A stretch of DNA of 64,000 nt from Bacteroidales bacterium UBA5833. Lineage in GTDB: Bacteria > Bacteroidota > Bacteroidia > Bacteroidales > Lentimicrobiaceae. Shown here in pieces: positions 37,388 to 46,359 of the stretch (position 1 is the first letter of the stretch; each line of letters begins with the position of its first letter). A model generated the notes under the pieces. The model made no database searches. It had not been told where the DNA came from and worked only from the letters and a program-made list of their open reading frames with translations. The stretch is from positions 2,393-66,392 of the forward strand of contig DJGZ01000051.1 in the NCBI GenBank assembly GCA_002433025.1, read 5' to 3'. The translations under genes were made by a program, and so were the position numbers.

Positions 37388-37524
37388 GGGCAATTTAAAT
37401 TATTCCGGAATTTTCCCACCCGCTGTTTTGCATCCTTTTTCTGTACTTTTGGGCACCGATCGTCCTGCCTGTCAAATGCAGGACTGAGCATTTCTCCTTT
37501 GTTGAACTAAAAAGGGATGAGCAT

Positions 37525-38010
37525 ATGGTTTCAGAGAATTACCGGAGAATGATGCAGCTGATTGATCAGGTTTTTGCCGTGAAAAACGACCCTGAACAGC
37601 TGGATGTGGATGAAAAGGTAATGCGGCATCTTCTGCGTCTGCATCCGGCCACATTTGCGGAGCATTCCGACGAAAACGGACCGGTGGCCTGGGTGCTGGT
37701 CATCCCCACCACGCTTGCGCTGATGCAGCGGTTTATCCGTTCGGAAATCAACGAAAAGCAGCTGGTTGACCATACTCCGACAGATAAGCCGCTGGAAGCC
37801 CTCTACCTATGCTCGGCAACGGTACTTGAGGAATACCGCCGGCAGGGACTTGCCCTCCGGCTTGCGCTGGAATCCATTGAAAAAATCAGACAGCAGCACC
37901 CATTGAAAGCCTTGTTTGTGTGGCCGTTCAGCGATGAAGGCGATGCAGCCGCGGAGGCCATTGCGGCGGAGGCCAGGCTGCCGCTGTACAAGCGCGAAAA
38001 AAGAGATTAG
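37525..38010 (+). CDS. small GNAT-like acetyltransferase-fold protein (tentative)
   Basis: 161-aa ORF. YRRQGLALRLAL resembles the GNAT motif A (R/Q-x-x-G-x-A). No firmer family call is possible. Confidence 0.45.
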   Translation: MVSENYRRMMQLIDQVFAVKNDPEQLDVDEKVMRHLLRLHPATFAEHSDENGPVAWVLVIPTTLALMQRFIRSEINEKQLVDHTPTDKPLEALYLCSATVLEEYRRQGLALRLALESIEKIRQQHPLKALFVWPFSDEGDAAAEAIAAEARLPLYKREKRD

Positions 38011-38013
38011 GGT

Positions 38014-38052
38014 AAAAAAAAGCACCTGCAAATCCGGTTTGCAGATGCTTTT
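38014..38052. terminator. bidirectional rho-independent terminator
   Basis: A-run, stem AGCACCTGCAAA / TTTGCAGATGCT (one mismatch), 5-nt loop, T-run. It sits between the 3' ends of the 161-aa gene and tRNA-Cys. Confidence 0.55.
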
Positions 38053-38126
38053 TGGAGGTCTCGAGCGGATTCGAACCGCTGTAGAAGGTTTTGCAGACCT
38101 CTGCCTAGCCACTCGGCCACGAGACC
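38053..38126 (-). tRNA. tRNA-Cys (anticodon GCA), CCA encoded
   Basis: Hand-folded 74-nt cloverleaf on the minus strand. The acceptor stem is GGTCTCG/CGAGACC with discriminator U, the anticodon arm is GAGGT-CTGCAAA-ACCTT and the T-arm is AGCGG-TTCGAAT-CCGCT. Confidence 0.85.
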
Positions 38127-38137
38127 CTTTGGGGTTG

Positions 38138-38145
38138 CAAATATA
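38138..38145 (-). promoter_or_regulatory. candidate -7 promoter box for tRNA-Cys
   Basis: The reverse complement TATATTTG fits TAnnTTTG and lies 11 nt upstream of the tRNA 5' end. Confidence 0.5.
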
Positions 38146-38198
38146 CAAAAATTCCAAAAATACGAATACAAAAGATCGCCTGTAAAAATTCCGGTAAA

Positions 38199-38420
38199 TC
38201 AATCAGTTGGGGTTGCCGCCTCTTTATCCTTCTTTTTCCCGTATGTGGGCAGGCAATCGGGACAGAGGCAGTTGTTGTATTCAAGTTTTAATTTTTCAAG
38301 GTTTTCAGGGCTGATGCTGTAATCGAAACACCAGCACCCCGGGGCATGCAGGCATTCAAAGGTTTTGCCGCAACGTGGACAGGTTTTCAGGGAGGATTGT
38401 TTTTCACTCATAAATGTCAT
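38199..38420 (-). CDS. cysteine-rich CWC-family small protein
   Basis: 73-aa ORF with CPRCGKTFEC...GCWC...CLCPDC cysteine spacing. It overlaps the folB 3' end by 17 nt. Confidence 0.7.
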   Translation of the reverse strand: MTFMSEKQSSLKTCPRCGKTFECLHAPGCWCFDYSISPENLEKLKLEYNNCLCPDCLPTYGKKKDKEAATPTD

Positions 38421-38769
38421 CGCTGCTCAGGGTTACACAAACCCGTTCAATTTTGCCGCCCAGGGGAGGATTCAGCTTGGAGATTTTTACCTCGGCATCG
38501 GTCACATCCGGGAAACGGGCATGTACCGCTTTCAGGATACGGTGGGCCACATGCTCCAGCAGGTGCGATTTCTGCTCCATTTCCTGTTTAACTGTCTGGT
38601 AAACGGACAGATAGTTAACCGTATCGTGCAGGCTGTCGCTGTGCTCGGCACGGTTGGTATCCACCTGAATAAACAGGTCAACGATGAAGCGGGTGCCGAT
38701 GACCTGCTCTTCTTTGAAATGCCCGTGGTACGAGAAAAACTCCATACCCTCTATCGAAATCATGCCCAT
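38404..38769 (-). CDS. folB: dihydroneopterin aldolase
   Basis: 121-aa ORF. The N-terminus ISIEGMEFFSYHGHFKEEQVIG and its length fit FolB. Confidence 0.9.
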   Translation of the reverse strand: MGMISIEGMEFFSYHGHFKEEQVIGTRFIVDLFIQVDTNRAEHSDSLHDTVNYLSVYQTVKQEMEQKSHLLEHVAHRILKAVHARFPDVTDAEVKISKLNPPLGGKIERVCVTLSSDDIYE

Positions 38770-38797
38770 GATCAGTCAGTTTTAAACCGGGTTTAAA

Positions 38798-38805
38798 CAA
38801 AGATA
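38798..38805 (-). promoter_or_regulatory. candidate -7 promoter box for folB
   Basis: The reverse complement TATCTTTG fits TAnnTTTG and lies 28 nt upstream of the folB ATG. Confidence 0.5.
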
Positions 38806-38845
38806 TGCAAAAACCATTCAATGGTGCATTCAGCAGGCAAACTTG

Positions 38846-39547
38846 TTATTCTTTAACAAAATACCTGAAAGGATTATAACTGATCCCTGTATCAAATACA
38901 TCCACCTGTTCCCGTTTTTTCAGAAATCCGACGATGCGGTAGGTGAGGGGGGTGAATACAATTTCAACCCCTGATTTGAAGATGTAGTTGGAAATAATAA
39001 TTGAGATCAGCAGGCTGTCGGGCATGGTTCCGTAAAACGCGATCAGGCAGAAGATGGCGGTGTCAATACCTTCGCCGATCAGGGTGGAACCAATGGTACG
39101 CACCCAAAGGTACTTCCCTTTTGTTCTTATTTTAAGTTTCGACATAAGGTAAGCATTCGAAAAGGCGCCGGCAAAGTAAGCCACCAGGCTGGCCAGAACG
39201 ATCCGCGGTACAAAGCCGAGCAACGACTCGTATGCTTGCTGATTGGTCCATCCTTCGGCCGGTGGAAGCTCCTGCACAATCCACAACACCAGCGACATCA
39301 GCAGGGCCGCCCCGAAACCTGTCCAGATAACTTTGCGTGAGCGCTGATAACCGTAAACTTCCGTAAGGATATCCCCGAATATGTAACTGAGGGGGAAGAG
39401 GATGGTTCCGCCGTCGAACGTAAAAAGCCAGAGGGAGGTGATTTTTGTGGAGGCAAGGTTGGAAATCAGGAGAATGGCTACAAAAAGTGCCATAATCACA
39501 TCAAAATACCTGAAATGAACCTTGCCGGATTGCACTGAGTCGTTCAT
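38846..39547 (-). CDS. yhhQ: queuosine precursor transporter (YhhQ/DUF165, VUT family)
   Basis: 233-aa ORF with 6 TM helices. The motifs FPLSYIFGDILTEVYGY and GEGIDT are typical of YhhQ. Confidence 0.85.
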   Translation of the reverse strand: MNDSVQSGKVHFRYFDVIMALFVAILLISNLASTKITSLWLFTFDGGTILFPLSYIFGDILTEVYGYQRSRKVIWTGFGAALLMSLVLWIVQELPPAEGWTNQQAYESLLGFVPRIVLASLVAYFAGAFSNAYLMSKLKIRTKGKYLWVRTIGSTLIGEGIDTAIFCLIAFYGTMPDSLLISIIISNYIFKSGVEIVFTPLTYRIVGFLKKREQVDVFDTGISYNPFRYFVKE

Positions 39548-39569
39548 TATATTTTGTATTATCAGGCTG

Positions 39570-39577
39570 CAAAAATA
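39570..39577 (-). promoter_or_regulatory. candidate -7 promoter box for yhhQ
   Basis: The reverse complement TATTTTTG fits TAnnTTTG and lies 22 nt upstream of the ATG. Confidence 0.5.
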
Positions 39578-39645
39578 CGATAATCCTTCAGAATGAATTC
39601 CTCTTCCTGAAATGCAATCAGGTCCGGCAGGGGAGGAGCGGGGCC

Positions 39646-40989
39646 TTACAGGCCCATATACCAGGAAGCAATTGAAAAATAGATTACTACTCCGGAAATA
39701 TCGGCAATGGAAGTGATGAGCGGAGCACTGGCCGTGGCCGGGTCGAGTTTCAGTTTTGTAAAGATAAACGGGGTGATCATGCCGATCAGGCTGCCTGACA
39801 TTACTGCCAGAATCATGGTGGCGGCAACCACAACAATATGTTGCGGGGCGCGCACGCTGGCAATCAGGCTTACGCCTGCCGCCATGGTGACCCCAAGCAG
39901 GAAGGAAACCAGGAATTCCCTGCCCAGCAGTCTGAACCAGTCTTTGGTTTCCACATCACCGATCGCCAGTGAACGGATCATCAGGGTGGCCGACTGTGCC
40001 CCGGCGTTTCCTCCGCTACCGATCAGCAAAGGAAGGAAGAAAATCAGTGATACGGCCGATTGTATCACACCTTCGAAAGTCGCCAGGGCAGCCCCCGAAA
40101 ATACATTCATAAACACAAGCAGGATCAGCCAGAGGATGCGCTTTTGATAAAGGAAAAAGATTTTGGCTTTCAGCGGATTGACGATGGCTGCCTGGAATGA
40201 TCCGAATTTGTGAAAGTCTTCGGTGGTTTCCTCTTCCACAACGTCCATCACGTCATCGACCGTTACAATGCCCAGCAGCAGGCCTTCCGAATCAATCACC
40301 GGCAGCGCGATGCGGTCCTGATCCTGAAACACCCGTATGGCGATCTCCTGGTCGTCGAAGGCATTGAGCGAAACAAAATGCTCATCCATCAGGTCCCTGA
40401 TATGCTGTTCGGGATCGGCCAGAATGATTTCCCGGATGCGGATATCGTCGATCAGTTTCCAGTTTTCATCAACTACATAAATCAGGTTGAGGGTTTCCGA
40501 ATCCCTGCCGTACATCCGGATATGTTTCAACGCCTGCTCGACTGTAAAATCGGGTTTTACTGCAACAAATTCGGGCGTCATCAACCTCCCGATGCTGTGC
40601 TCCGGATATCCGAGCAGACGGGTGGCAATAAGCCGCTCTTCCGGCGACAACAGCTGTATCAGCCGTTGGGTAATGTTGCCAGGAAGTTCTTCGAAAAACG
40701 CCGTACGGTCATCGGGATCCAGGTCGTTGAGCAGGCCTGCTACCCGGTTGACATTTTTGGCCAGCCCTTCGATGATTTGCTCCTGCGTTTCGTGTTCCAG
40801 GTATTGAAAGGTGTTTTTAGCCTTCTCCCTGGGCAGTAGGCGGAACAGAATGACGTCGTCCTGCTCTGGCAACTCGTCAATGATCTCGGCAATCAGGATA
40901 GGATCCATATCCTCCAGCTCATGCCTGAGGGCACTCCAGTCTTTTTCCCTGATCAGATCTTCGAAAAATGTGATATCGGTTTCACCCAT
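39646..40989 (-). CDS. mgtE: magnesium transporter MgtE
   Basis: 447-aa ORF with an N-domain, tandem CBS domains and a C-terminal 5-TM channel carrying GSGGNAGAQSATL. Confidence 0.95.
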   Translation of the reverse strand: MGETDITFFEDLIREKDWSALRHELEDMDPILIAEIIDELPEQDDVILFRLLPREKAKNTFQYLEHETQEQIIEGLAKNVNRVAGLLNDLDPDDRTAFFEELPGNITQRLIQLLSPEERLIATRLLGYPEHSIGRLMTPEFVAVKPDFTVEQALKHIRMYGRDSETLNLIYVVDENWKLIDDIRIREIILADPEQHIRDLMDEHFVSLNAFDDQEIAIRVFQDQDRIALPVIDSEGLLLGIVTVDDVMDVVEEETTEDFHKFGSFQAAIVNPLKAKIFFLYQKRILWLILLVFMNVFSGAALATFEGVIQSAVSLIFFLPLLIGSGGNAGAQSATLMIRSLAIGDVETKDWFRLLGREFLVSFLLGVTMAAGVSLIASVRAPQHIVVVAATMILAVMSGSLIGMITPFIFTKLKLDPATASAPLITSIADISGVVIYFSIASWYMGL

Positions 40990-41107
40990 TGATAGTTCTC
41001 CTTACGGGTATTAGCTGCAAGGAGATACAAACCCCTTGCAGGTTAGTGTTTAATCAGGCCACACGAATAGGGGTCGTCTTTCATGGTCGGGTAATGGTTT
41101 GAGGGTG

Positions 41108-41115
41108 CAAAGATA
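41108..41115 (-). promoter_or_regulatory. candidate -7 promoter box for mgtE
   Basis: The reverse complement TATCTTTG fits TAnnTTTG and lies 118 nt upstream of the mgtE ATG, implying a leader of about 110 nt. Confidence 0.5.
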
Positions 41116-41285
41116 AGTTTTTCCCCCGGAAACCGGTTTTCTCCGCTTCCATTTCCGGACAGATTCTGAACATTTCTTCAATTCACCGGTTCAGTTATAT
41201 TATCCTGAAAGCTATTTGAAGTGTTTAAAATCAAATACATAGCTTTTGCAGGCAGATTTATTCATTTAGCGGTTTGCAGTTGCCG

Positions 41286-41293
41286 TATCTTTG
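41286..41293 (+). promoter_or_regulatory. candidate -7 promoter box for def
   Basis: TATCTTTG fits TAnnTTTG. It lies 5 nt before the ATG at 41299 and 14 nt before the ATG at 41308. Confidence 0.5.
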
Positions 41294-41307
41294 TAAAAAT
41301 GTTCCCT

Positions 41308-41955
41308 ATGCGCTATTTGTATTCACTGATTTTATTACTTGCAGTATTTCCGGCCCCTATCTTAAGCCAGAATTTCAATGCATCCGAACAGGCGTTGATC
41401 ATGTCGGGGGATACGGCCGGGATGATGCGGGTGTTGCTCAGTACCTCTGCGGATGATCTTGAAGTGCTTACAGCCGAAAGCCGCGGTATCAGTCCTGATG
41501 ATTCCCTCCTTCCCCTGCTTTCCCGCCGCATGCTGCTCACCATGCGCGATACTGCCAACCCCGGCGTGGGCATTGCCGCCCCTCAGGTAGGGATTAACCG
41601 CAATGTTTTCTGGCTTCAAAGGTTTGATAAACAGGGATTCCCCTTTGAATTCCTGATTAATCCGCGCATCCTGAGTTATTCTTCTCTTCAGCGCAGGGGA
41701 GGGGAAGGTTGCCTTTCAATTCCGGATACCAGGGGAGAAGTGCTGCGGAGTTATGCCATTATGGTTGAATACCAGGATTATACAGGTGGATGGCATACCG
41801 AACTGCTGGAGGATTTTACTGCCGTCATCTTTCAGCATGAATATGATCACCTCTTAGGTACGCTTTTTACCGACAGGATCAGCGAACAGAAGAATACACC
41901 CGCCCTTTCGCTTCCTGAAGGTTTGGAGCTGTTCATGATGCCTTCCGCACGGTAA
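41308..41955 (+). CDS. def: peptide deformylase paralogue with N-terminal signal-peptide-like extension
   Basis: Def motifs GIAAPQVG, EGCLSIP and HEYDHL are present. The track ORF starts at a GTG at 41221, but the -7 box inside it favours the ATG at 41308 (MRYLYSLILLLAVFPAPILSQ) or at 41299. Confidence 0.85.
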   Translation: MRYLYSLILLLAVFPAPILSQNFNASEQALIMSGDTAGMMRVLLSTSADDLEVLTAESRGISPDDSLLPLLSRRMLLTMRDTANPGVGIAAPQVGINRNVFWLQRFDKQGFPFEFLINPRILSYSSLQRRGGEGCLSIPDTRGEVLRSYAIMVEYQDYTGGWHTELLEDFTAVIFQHEYDHLLGTLFTDRISEQKNTPALSLPEGLELFMMPSAR

Positions 41956-41971
41956 TTGTAAAGATGAAATG

Positions 41972-42310
41972 CTACTTATTCCCGGATGCCATAAAATACA
42001 TACTGACCGATAACAGCAACAGGTTTAAAACCTGTCCGGTGGTAACCGCTGGAACAAATCCCAGATAGAGACTGTAGGCGAACAATAACACCAGCAGCAG
42101 CGCTGAAATCACGGTTAGCGAGGGTTTTGAGGTGAAACCGCCTGCAAACAGAAGTGTTCCGAACAGCACAAAAGCAAGTGCGATGTAAAATGGCTGGGTC
42201 TGGTATTGCAGGGAAAGGATGGTCTGTCCGTGCTGAAGCACAAGCCAGGTGAGCAATGCGATACGCAGCAGCCATTTGGATAACTGAAGCAACGATTTTA
42301 CCGGTTTCAT
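41972..42310 (-). CDS. small integral membrane protein, family not recognised
   Basis: 112-aa ORF with four hydrophobic helices, starting 10 nt downstream of the aspS stop. Confidence 0.5.
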   Translation of the reverse strand: MKPVKSLLQLSKWLLRIALLTWLVLQHGQTILSLQYQTQPFYIALAFVLFGTLLFAGGFTSKPSLTVISALLLVLLFAYSLYLGFVPAVTTGQVLNLLLLSVSMYFMASGNK

Positions 42311-42320
42311 CGGAGGGGAG

Positions 42321-44066
42321 TTATAAATTGATTTTAAGTTTTAACTCATCCAGTTGTTCCTGTTTGATCGGGGCCGGTGAGTCGATCATCACATCGCGGC
42401 CGGCATTGTTCTTCGGAAATGCGATATAATCACGGATGCTTTCGGAGCCACCGAAAAGCGAGCACATGCGGTCGAAGCCGAATGCGATACCGCCATGGGG
42501 AGGCGCGCCGTATTCAAAAGCGTTCATCAGGAAACCAAACTGCGCCTGGGCGTCCTCATCGGTAAAGCCCAGGATGGTGAACATTTTCTTCTGCAACTCT
42601 TTGTTGTGGATACGAATGGAGCCTCCACCGATTTCCACTCCGTTGATTACCAGGTCATAGGCATTGGCGCGCACCTTGCCGGGATTGCTGTCGAGCAGCG
42701 GAATATCTTCCGGTTTCGGTGAAGTAAACGGATGGTGCATGGCATAGTAACGCTGTGTTTCTTCATCCCACTCCAGCAGGGGGAAATCAACCACCCACAG
42801 GGGCGCAAACACTTCCGGGTTACGCAGGCCAAGCTGGTTACCCATTTCAAGGCGCAATTCCGATAGTGCCTTACGGGTTTTACCGGCATCCCCGGCAAGG
42901 ATCAGCATCAGGTCGCCCGGCTTCGCGTCAAAGGCTGCTGCCCACTTTTTCAGTTCTTCTTCATTGTAGAATTTATCTACCGACGACTTGAGCGTGCCGT
43001 CTTCGTTGTACCTCAGGTAAATCAACCCTCCGGCGCCGATTTGCGGACGTTTCACAAAATCGGTGAGGGCGTCAAGCTGCTTGCGGGTATAACCGGCGCA
43101 TCCTGTGGCATTGATTCCTGCCACCAGCGCGGCATCATCGAATACTTTAAAATCTTTTCCCTTTACCATATCCGTGATTTCCACAAAGGTCATCCCGAAA
43201 CGGATATCCGGTTTGTCGTTGCCGTAATTTTTCATGGCATCGGCAAACGTCATGCGGGGCAGGGCTTCTATCTCAACGCCTTTCACAGTGCGGAACAGGT
43301 ATTTGGTCAGGCCTTCGAAGGTGGAAAGTATATCATCCTGGGTTACAAACGACATCTCACAGTCGATCTGTGTGAACTCGGGCTGTCGGTCGGCCCTCAG
43401 GTCCTCATCGCGGAAGCATTTCACGATCTGAAAATACCTGTCGAAGCCGGCGACCATCAGCAGTTGCTTGAAGGTTTGCGGTGACTGGGGAAGGGCATAA
43501 AACTGACCTTCGTTCATGCGCGATGGCACCACAAAATCGCGGGCCCCTTCGGGTGTCGATTTGATGAGTACCGGTGTCTCCACTTCGATAAACCCGATGT
43601 TGTTCATGTAGTTGCGGGTTTCAATAGCCATACGGTGCCTGAGCATCAGGTTGTCGCGCACAGGATTCCGCCGGAGGTCCAGGTAGCGGTATTTCATACG
43701 GAGCTCATCTCCGCCGTCGGTATTGTCCTCGATGGTGAATGGCGGAATTTTTGAAGTATTCAGCACTTCAAACTGATCAGCGATGATTTCGATTTCACCG
43801 GTAGGGATTTTCAGGTTTTTATTGCTCCGTTCAGCAACAGTGCCCGTGACAGAAATCACAAACTCCCGCCCGAGTTTACGGGCTGACTCACAAAGCGGAG
43901 CATTGGTTTCCATATTGAAAACCAGTTGTGTAATTCCGTATCGGTCGCGCAGATCGATGAATGTCATCCCGCCCAGGTCGCGCGAACGCTGCACCCATCC
44001 TGAAAGGGTAACTGTATTTCCGGTATGATTAAGGTTTAATTCTCCGCAGTTATGTGTCCGAAGCAT
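42321..44066 (-). CDS. aspS: aspartate--tRNA ligase
   Basis: 581-aa ORF with an OB-fold N-terminus and class II motifs [18 protein letters not shown] and GGIAFGFDR. Confidence 0.97.
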   Translation of the reverse strand: MLRTHNCGELNLNHTGNTVTLSGWVQRSRDLGGMTFIDLRDRYGITQLVFNMETNAPLCESARKLGREFVISVTGTVAERSNKNLKIPTGEIEIIADQFEVLNTSKIPPFTIEDNTDGGDELRMKYRYLDLRRNPVRDNLMLRHRMAIETRNYMNNIGFIEVETPVLIKSTPEGARDFVVPSRMNEGQFYALPQSPQTFKQLLMVAGFDRYFQIVKCFRDEDLRADRQPEFTQIDCEMSFVTQDDILSTFEGLTKYLFRTVKGVEIEALPRMTFADAMKNYGNDKPDIRFGMTFVEITDMVKGKDFKVFDDAALVAGINATGCAGYTRKQLDALTDFVKRPQIGAGGLIYLRYNEDGTLKSSVDKFYNEEELKKWAAAFDAKPGDLMLILAGDAGKTRKALSELRLEMGNQLGLRNPEVFAPLWVVDFPLLEWDEETQRYYAMHHPFTSPKPEDIPLLDSNPGKVRANAYDLVINGVEIGGGSIRIHNKELQKKMFTILGFTDEDAQAQFGFLMNAFEYGAPPHGGIAFGFDRMCSLFGGSESIRDYIAFPKNNAGRDVMIDSPAPIKQEQLDELKLKINL

Positions 44067-44346
44067 AGAAATAGATTTAAGCCGCGAAATTAATCATTTT
44101 ATGGATTTTATTTCTGTAACATCTGCGTCAGGCTGCGATCTGTCAATTGGCATAATCTGCGGATATCCCTTGAATAGCAGGCCGGACAATAATTTCCGTT
44201 TTTTAATACGTTTCCGGATGAAAATTCCTGATTTCCAGCGATTACTTTTCAGGATTTATTTTATTAATAAAATGACTACTCGCCTGATCATCCGGGATGC
44301 CAGCCGGGTGTAGCATTTATTTGGTATAAACTATAAGATACTGTTT

Positions 44347-45066
44347 ATGAATAAGCTACTACTCTCTTTTACCATTCTGATATTTACGGGTCATCAGTTA
44401 TCCGCCCAGCGGATTGAACTTGTTCCATACCCGGATGCAGTTTGTTATACCGAATCGGGTGTGGGAAATCTTTTTCTTTCCAACACCGATGCCAGAACGC
44501 TGATGGAGTATTTTGCAGCTGAGGATGTGCCCGATAAGATCATTCCTGTCAGGGAGAGTTATTTTTCAGGCTACCGCCTGTGTTATTCAATGGGGAAAAG
44601 CGATCCGCTTGCTGAAGCGGCGGAATGGATTCAGATCCTTACCATAGACAAGGAGGCTGCTATTGAATATATTTACCGGACAACGCCGGATGCCATCAGC
44701 CTTCCTTTCAGTGGTTTAAAGGAGTGTGTGGGCCGGATCCATTCTATTGAAGAATACAACAGTATTATGGAGCGTTACAAACATCTGGCCTGCAGAATTT
44801 ATCGTCAGGTTACCGGGCCTGACGGAGTTGTAACTGATGAGATGACCGCTTTGATAAAAAGTTGCAGCCTGCGTATCGAAGGATCGGATCAGGCGATGTA
44901 CGCCACTTCGGGTAAAGGCGGAGGCATCTTCAGACTTGACAGGCAGGATAATCAGGGGATTGATCCCTGGAATGAATGGATCAATTGTTTCAACGCGATA
45001 GAACAGCAGGGCTATATCACGTTGATTGAATTCAATCAGCCGCCATTGGTTCCTTTCATGGAATAG
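44347..45066 (+). CDS. secreted hypothetical protein
   Basis: 239-aa ORF with a signal peptide (FTILIFTGHQLSAQ). No motif recognised. Confidence 0.55.
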   Translation: MNKLLLSFTILIFTGHQLSAQRIELVPYPDAVCYTESGVGNLFLSNTDARTLMEYFAAEDVPDKIIPVRESYFSGYRLCYSMGKSDPLAEAAEWIQILTIDKEAAIEYIYRTTPDAISLPFSGLKECVGRIHSIEEYNSIMERYKHLACRIYRQVTGPDGVVTDEMTALIKSCSLRIEGSDQAMYATSGKGGGIFRLDRQDNQGIDPWNEWINCFNAIEQQGYITLIEFNQPPLVPFME

Positions 45067-45756
45067 GGGTAGTTCATTATAGGATGGGCTGTTTATTTTT
45101 TTGCCACAGAATCACGGAAGCACTGGTTTATTGCAGGAAAAGAGATCCCGGATTCTTATAAAAAGTTTGATGACTAACTTGAGTATACCTGTGCAAATAT
45201 TTTCAAAACTAATGCCGATCAGATTCAGTCCACCACAAAATGATGTAATAGACTGTATAACAATATGTTAAATCTGATTCTTTACTTGAATTTATCTCGC
45301 AGATAGCATCATTCTCAAATAGTACATTCGGTCATTATTCATGCTGATAACAGGATTAATGTTTGCTATTGAAATTTTAGCCTGAAAATGTGATTTATAT
45401 TGTTCCTTTCTCCGATACTAAATTTTATGATTGAAGCAAATCATAAAAGCGTTTACTTGCTGGCCGGGTCCGGTTTCTTTATAATTATGGTGCAGTAAAT
45501 GCAATCAGCTATTCAGTTTTTCAGGTTTTGTATAAACTGTGATAAATTCTTTTGTGTGTCCTGATGGCCATCGGGATTGTGCTTCCGCGCTTTGGTGGCT
45601 TCTTTTAATTGCCAAAGCCTCCATAATATATCCAACACATCAAATATGGATGTACCCTGGAATTGCAGGGTTCAGCAAAACGATTTGTAGCTAAAAGCTT
45701 GGTTTTTAAGGAAAAATTTCGTAAATTGCGAAATAAACCTTTAAAAATATGGCATC

Positions 45757-46329
45757 ATGGCAAGGATTATTCTGCTGGTGTCATTGTTTCTTTCCTTATT
45801 GACAGCCTGCGATAAGAAAGAGGATGACATAAATCCCGGCAAAGACTACACAGGCTTACTCTCCCTCGAGTATACAAGGACCTTCCCTACTTTTCAGTCT
45901 GTCGTCAGCATGGAAGTGGACATCAGCAGTTCCGGAACGGTGGTGTTCAAGCAGCCTCCGGTTGCCGCTTTTAACGGGGAATCCGAAAAGATGATCGAAA
46001 AGGACAGGATCAGGATCAGGGAGGAAGGGAATATTTCCATCTCATCATTATCAGGCAAGTGGGATAAGATGGACGGAAAGGAATACCTACTGGTCAACCT
46101 GGCCTGTCAACTGGACGGCTTGAGGAATGTCTGGCAATGGAACGAATACCGGTGGATTCAATTAAGTGAAGTTCCTTATTCGCTTGATAATCCGGTAACA
46201 TGCCCGATGAGTTTCAGGATTGACAATGCGCTGATGTCGGAAGCAGTATGCGGTGGAAGCATTACCGATAACTGGGGTATCAATTGTTTCAGGTGGAGAC
46301 TGGTGCTTGTTCCATCGTCCAGCAATTAG
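45757..46329 (+). CDS. hypothetical lipoprotein
   Basis: 190-aa ORF with the lipobox LLTAC. No motif recognised. Confidence 0.55.
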   Translation: MARIILLVSLFLSLLTACDKKEDDINPGKDYTGLLSLEYTRTFPTFQSVVSMEVDISSSGTVVFKQPPVAAFNGESEKMIEKDRIRIREEGNISISSLSGKWDKMDGKEYLLVNLACQLDGLRNVWQWNEYRWIQLSEVPYSLDNPVTCPMSFRIDNALMSEAVCGGSITDNWGINCFRWRLVLVPSSSN

Positions 46330-46359
46330 GCCCGACTTTCTGCCTGATCCATCCGGGTG

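Noticed and set aside
37372-37524. A possible yybP-ykoY manganese riboswitch upstream of mntP. The minus-strand RNA contains AGGAGAAAUG...UUUGACAGGCAGGAC, which vaguely recalls the conserved GGGGAGUAG and UUGACA/CAAGACC elements, plus a GTCCTGC/GCAGGAC hairpin at 37461-37483.
   Set aside because: The segment is far too short for the four-helix motif and the matches are loose. A good -7 box sits only 8 nt from the mntP ATG, so this region is probably not in the mRNA. An Infernal scan would settle it.
39600-39660. The stretch CAGGTCCGGCAGGGGAGGAGCGG resembles the SRP (4.5S) RNA domain IV core AGGUCCGGAAGGAAGCAGC.
   Set aside because: There are no flanking helices to complete an SRP RNA. The stretch abuts and overlaps the mgtE stop codon and is better read as the mgtE 3' end with a small GGGCC/GGCCC hairpin.
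45510-45660. A minus-strand open frame of about 50 codons (…DVLDILWRLWQLKEATKARKHNPDGHQDTQKNLSQFIQNLKN-stop) inside the AT-rich spacer.
   Set aside because: It has no ATG, an in-frame TGA lies just upstream, and I recognise no motif. It is at best a gene remnant and is mentioned under the islet finding only.
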